Assembly (NCBI GenBank): GCA_045597865.1
Contig: JAZLKX010000025.1
Coordinates: forward strand, 256,001 to 320,000
DNA length: 64,000 nucleotides
Reading direction: 5' to 3'
Source: Bacilli bacterium
Lineage (GTDB): Bacteria; Bacillota_I; Bacilli_A; RFN20; CAG-826
This document shows positions 60,519 to 64,000 of this stretch, one piece after another. Under the pieces are notes generated by a model, which was given only the letters and a program-made list of their open reading frames with translations, had not been told where the DNA came from and did no database searches. The position numbers were made by a program, and so were the translations under genes. Positions within the stretch are counted from its first letter, which is position 1. Every line of letters begins with the position of its first letter.

Positions 60519-60600
60519 TCCTCCTAATTATAATTTCCGGAGAATTTTACAAAAGTGATAAAAAATTTAAAAAAGAACCCATAAGGGTTCTTTATTTTTT
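60519..60600 (-). repeat. copy 2 of the 82-bp element (rpsU terminator + putative promoter + RBS of the C39 gene)
   Basis: reverse complement matches 2733-2814 at 66/82 ungapped. Confidence 0.85.
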
Positions 60601-60606
60601 TGCTAA

Positions 60607-60780
60607 TTAATAAGCTTTACGACGAGCCATCTCAGATTTGATTTTTCTCTTTAAACCTTTTTTGAGATAGAATTCTCTTTTACGTGCTTCAAGAAGAACG
60701 CCTGATTTGTTGACTTGTCTTTTAAAGCGACGAAGAGCTTCGTCTAATTGTTCATTTTCGCGAACGACAATTTTTGGCAT
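60607..60780 (-). CDS. rpsU: 30S ribosomal protein S21 (not in ORF track)
   Basis: translates [57 protein letters not shown]. Confidence 0.97.
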   Translation of the reverse strand: MPKIVVRENEQLDEALRRFKRQVNKSGVLLEARKREFYLKKGLKRKIKSEMARRKAY

Positions 60781-60820
60781 ATTTTTTCACTTCCTTTCGT
60801 ACGTAACGGCAGTAAATATA

Positions 60821-61465
60821 TTACTCGCCTTTAACAATTGCAACCCCGCATGATGCGCCAATACGGCTAGCACCTGCGTCAATCATGGCTTGAGCTTCTT
60901 CCTTGGAATGAATTCCACCTGAAGCTTTTACACCAATTTCTGGGCCAACAGCTTTTCTCATTAATTCAACTGCGTGTGTAGTTGCTCCACCTTTTGAGAA
61001 TCCAGTGGATGTTTTAACATAGTCAGCACCACCACGAACGCATGCTTTTGAGCATTCGACGATTTCATCGTCAGTTAATAAACATGTTTCAAGAATTACT
61101 TTGAGTAAAACTTTCTTACAAGCTTTCTTAACAAGTCTAACTTCTTTTTCAATGTAATCATAGTTGTGCTCTTTAGCCATAGAGTCATTTAAGACCATAT
61201 CAACTTCTGTTGCACCAGCTTTGATTGCAAGTTTTGCTTCGTAAGCTTTGCTTTCTGGTAATGTAGCACCTAATGGGAAACCAACGACTGTACAGACTTT
61301 TACATCGCTGCCTTTAAGTTCTTTTGCAGCAACTGGAACAAAGCCTGGGTTAACGCATACGGATGCAAAATGAAATTCTTTTGCTTCTTCACATAATTTT
61401 ACAATAGCTTCTGTTGAAGCGTCTTGTTTGAGAAGAGTGTGATCAATCATCTTTGCGATTTCCAT
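60821..61465 (-). CDS. deoC: deoxyribose-phosphate aldolase
   Basis: [27 protein letters not shown]. Confidence 0.97.
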   Translation of the reverse strand: MEIAKMIDHTLLKQDASTEAIVKLCEEAKEFHFASVCVNPGFVPVAAKELKGSDVKVCTVVGFPLGATLPESKAYEAKLAIKAGATEVDMVLNDSMAKEHNYDYIEKEVRLVKKACKKVLLKVILETCLLTDDEIVECSKACVRGGADYVKTSTGFSKGGATTHAVELMRKAVGPEIGVKASGGIHSKEEAQAMIDAGASRIGASCGVAIVKGE

Positions 61466-61492
61466 AAGTTTCTCCTTTAATTAAATAGAAAA

Positions 61493-61687
61493 CTATTTAT
61501 CTTCCTTATCTGCTTTTTTTGCAACGACATTTTTGCCATTGTAATAACCGCATTTTGGACAAACGTTGTGTGATTTAATCATTGCACCACAGTTTGGGCA
61601 TTTGACTAATCCTTTAACAGCTAATTTGAAGTGTGTTCTTCTTAATCTTTTTGCTGTTTTTGATGTTCTTCTTTGTGGGACTGCCAT
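61493..61687 (-). CDS. rpmF: 50S ribosomal protein L32
   Basis: [15 protein letters not shown]...[10 protein letters not shown]; RBS aaggagg. Confidence 0.97.
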   Translation of the reverse strand: MAVPQRRTSKTAKRLRRTHFKLAVKGLVKCPNCGAMIKSHNVCPKCGYYNGKNVVAKKADKEDK

Positions 61688-61789
61688 AGAGATTTCCTCC
61701 TTGTTTAACGACAAAGATTATACGTTAATAAATATATTAATCAATAAATTTTCATACTATGTACAAAAATTAATTAAATTGTTTCGATT

Positions 61790-63037
61790 TTATCGCACTT
61801 TTATTTTGTGAATTTTTCCAATGTATTCGTCAGGCAAATCTGCCTCTAATTTAATATAATTAGATGTAAAGCCTGACAGCAAACCACTATTTTTGTTTCT
61901 CTCTTCGAGAATAACTTCAAGCTCTTGGTTTTTGAATTTTTCGATATATTCTTTTTGAAGTTTATTTGATAACTCTATAAGAGAATTGACTCTTTCACTT
62001 TTAATTTCAGGTTTAACTTGGTCAGGCATCGAGAAAGCTTTTGTTCCTTCTCTTGCTGAAAATGGGAATACGTGTAATTCTGCAAAGTTAACTTCTTTAA
62101 TAAAACTATATGTTTCTTCAAACTCTTCTTTTGTTTCACCTGGAAATCCCACAATTACGTCTGTTGTAATTGCAATATTTGGTCTAACTTCTCTAATCAT
62201 ATTAACTTTGTTAATAAAATCATTGACATTATATTTTCTGCACATACGTTTTAGCACTGATCGAGAGCCACTTTGTAAAGGCATGTGAAGATGATCTGCG
62301 ATTTGGGGATACTTACTCAGTAAAGAAATAAACTTAGCATCAATTTCACTTTCTTCAATTGATGAAATACGAAGTCTATAAAGTCCAGGAATATTACAAA
62401 TTTCTTCGACTAAATCGGAGAAAGAACACTCTTTGTTATCTAAACCATAATGTGCTGTATGAATTCCAGTCAAAACGATTTCTTTAAAACCATGGTTAAC
62501 TAAAGTTGTGATTTCTTCAATAACTTCTGCTTTTGGCCTAGAACGAGCTACACCTCGAGTATATGGGATTGTGCAATAAGAACAGAAATTGTTACAACCA
62601 TCCTCTACTTTTACATAGGCTCTAGTTGAGTTTGGAATAGCAATTGTTCCGAAAGATTCATATTTAAATTTACGAGGGTTATTCCCAATTGAAATTATTG
62701 GTTTCTTTTCTTTTAAGAAAAGTTGCACCATTTCTACAAGTCTATTCCTATTCGACGTTCCAACAATAATATCTGCACCGCATTCCTTTTTTGCGTATTC
62801 AGAATTCTTTTGGGTATAGCAACCCATAACTACGATAATTGCGTCTTTATTGTTACGTTTTTCTCTACGAATAATTTGTCTAGATTTTTGATCTGCGACT
62901 GCAGTTACTGAGCAAGTGTTAATAACAACAATGTCTGGTTTACAGTTTTCATCAAATCCATTTTTTAAAAATAGCTCTTTAAGAGCATTTGATTCATATG
63001 AATTAACCTTGCAACCAAGGGAAATAAATTTTAACAT
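61790..63037 (-). CDS. mtaB: tRNA methylthiotransferase MtaB
   Basis: LGCKVN, NTCSVT, CNNFCSYC radical SAM motif; follows rsmE. Confidence 0.93.
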   Translation of the reverse strand: MLKFISLGCKVNSYESNALKELFLKNGFDENCKPDIVVINTCSVTAVADQKSRQIIRREKRNNKDAIIVVMGCYTQKNSEYAKKECGADIIVGTSNRNRLVEMVQLFLKEKKPIISIGNNPRKFKYESFGTIAIPNSTRAYVKVEDGCNNFCSYCTIPYTRGVARSRPKAEVIEEITTLVNHGFKEIVLTGIHTAHYGLDNKECSFSDLVEEICNIPGLYRLRISSIEESEIDAKFISLLSKYPQIADHLHMPLQSGSRSVLKRMCRKYNVNDFINKVNMIREVRPNIAITTDVIVGFPGETKEEFEETYSFIKEVNFAELHVFPFSAREGTKAFSMPDQVKPEIKSERVNSLIELSNKLQKEYIEKFKNQELEVILEERNKNSGLLSGFTSNYIKLEADLPDEYIGKIHKIKVR

Positions 63038-63759
63038 TATTTTCTTTCCAAATGATTTGAGATTACGCTTAAAGCGTAAAATGATGCAGTTTCAGCACGT
63101 AAAATACGTTTTCCTAAACTGACACGTTTATAACCAGCAGCAACTGCCATATCAACTTCATGTTCGCTGAAACCACCTTCTGGTCCAACAACAATTGCAA
63201 CTTTTTGTTTATCTTTGATAGATCTAATAATTGAGTTAAATGATTCGGTTGCGCCGCTTTCTTCTTCGTATGCAATCATTTTTACTTGAGCATCAACATC
63301 GCCAAGTTGTTTCATATCAATAACTCGATAAAGCATAGGAATCTTAGTTCTCTTGCATTGTTCCGCAGCTTCTTTGAGAATTCGTCTGTATCGTTCTAAT
63401 TTGAGGTCTTTTTCAGCAGGTTTAATCTTAACAATAGTTCTTTCTGTTTGAAGCAAAATGATTTCGCCAACTCCAAGTTCAGTTGCTTTTTGTAAAACAA
63501 AGTCCATTTTTTCGCCTTTAATCAAAGCTGCAATTAGGATGACATGATTCTTAAGTTCATGATTTTCTTTAATTTGTCTAACAACATCGATTTCGATATG
63601 TGGTTTTAATTGAGAAACTTTGCACAAGAAAACTTTTTCGTTTGAGACTACTTCAATTTCATCTCCAACTCTAGCACGCATGACTTTAGTCAAATGAAAA
63701 ATATCGTCATCTCCAAGTAAAACTTGGTCTGTGATAATTTGTCCAAAATATCTTTGCAT
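63037..63759 (-). CDS. rsmE: 16S rRNA m3U1498 methyltransferase
   Basis: MQRYF, QKATELGV, EAAEQC, GPEGGFS, LGKRILRAETA. Confidence 0.97.
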   Translation of the reverse strand: MQRYFGQIITDQVLLGDDDIFHLTKVMRARVGDEIEVVSNEKVFLCKVSQLKPHIEIDVVRQIKENHELKNHVILIAALIKGEKMDFVLQKATELGVGEIILLQTERTIVKIKPAEKDLKLERYRRILKEAAEQCKRTKIPMLYRVIDMKQLGDVDAQVKMIAYEEESGATESFNSIIRSIKDKQKVAIVVGPEGGFSEHEVDMAVAAGYKRVSLGKRILRAETASFYALSVISNHLERK

Positions 63760-64000
63760 TATTTTAAAAATGCTCCAGAACTATCAGTAATACTGCGTGA
63801 AACTAAGTAATGGACGCCAACACCAATCATGATAGCTTCCAAAACGAAATAGAAAATTAAGTAAGCAAAAGGACTATTCCATTTTGCAACAAAATAAATT
63901 AATGAACCTAATCCGGCAATTGAAAAAACAGAAATTGCCAAAGCAATAAAACCCTTTTTCTTAAATCCTAAGTAAAAAGAGTTTGCTCCAAAAATGCCTA
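63759..64000 (-). CDS. membrane protein, C-terminal part (5' end outside window)
   Basis: hydrophobic ORF whose stop overlaps the rsmE start; frame continues to window edge. Confidence 0.6.
   Translation of the reverse strand, partial: GIFGANSFYLGFKKKGFIALAISVFSIAGLGSLIYFVAKWNSPFAYLIFYFVLEAIMIGVGVHYLVSRSITDSSGAFLK

Noticed and set aside
1-64000. CRISPR array, tRNA/rRNA genes, IS elements
   Set aside because: No regularly spaced repeats, cloverleaf sequences or transposase ORFs seen; intergenic gaps are too short.

Overview
A low-GC, compact chromosomal segment from a reduced-genome member of the Bacilli. The gene content resembles Erysipelotrichales/RFN20-type gut or rumen bacteria, but that placement is an inference. 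The window spans the replication terminus. Genes run almost all on + from 1 to 36115 and almost all on - from 36307 onward, and a 28-bp dif site sits at the switch (36251-36278) with xerD and parEC nearby. Most genes are housekeeping: tRNA synthetases, ribosomal proteins, repair, the MEP pathway and sigA/dnaG. I saw no rRNA, tRNA, CRISPR array, transposase or prophage. Three short genes missed by the ORF track are added: a 58-aa peptide before radC, rpmG and rpsU. The best candidate for an undescribed system is the 58-aa double-glycine-leader-like membrane peptide, translationally coupled to radC, together with an ATPase-less C39 peptidase-membrane protein about 57 kb away. Their upstream regions share an 82-bp ungapped match (42/44 identical core, same spacing to the RBS), which suggests co-regulation. 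Other leads: an orphan toxin-like ORF with a convergent small RNA, a SecDF lacking its proton-relay residues, Tn916-arm-like AGTAG repeats around dif, no in-frame CGG codon found by eye, and several leaderless genes.
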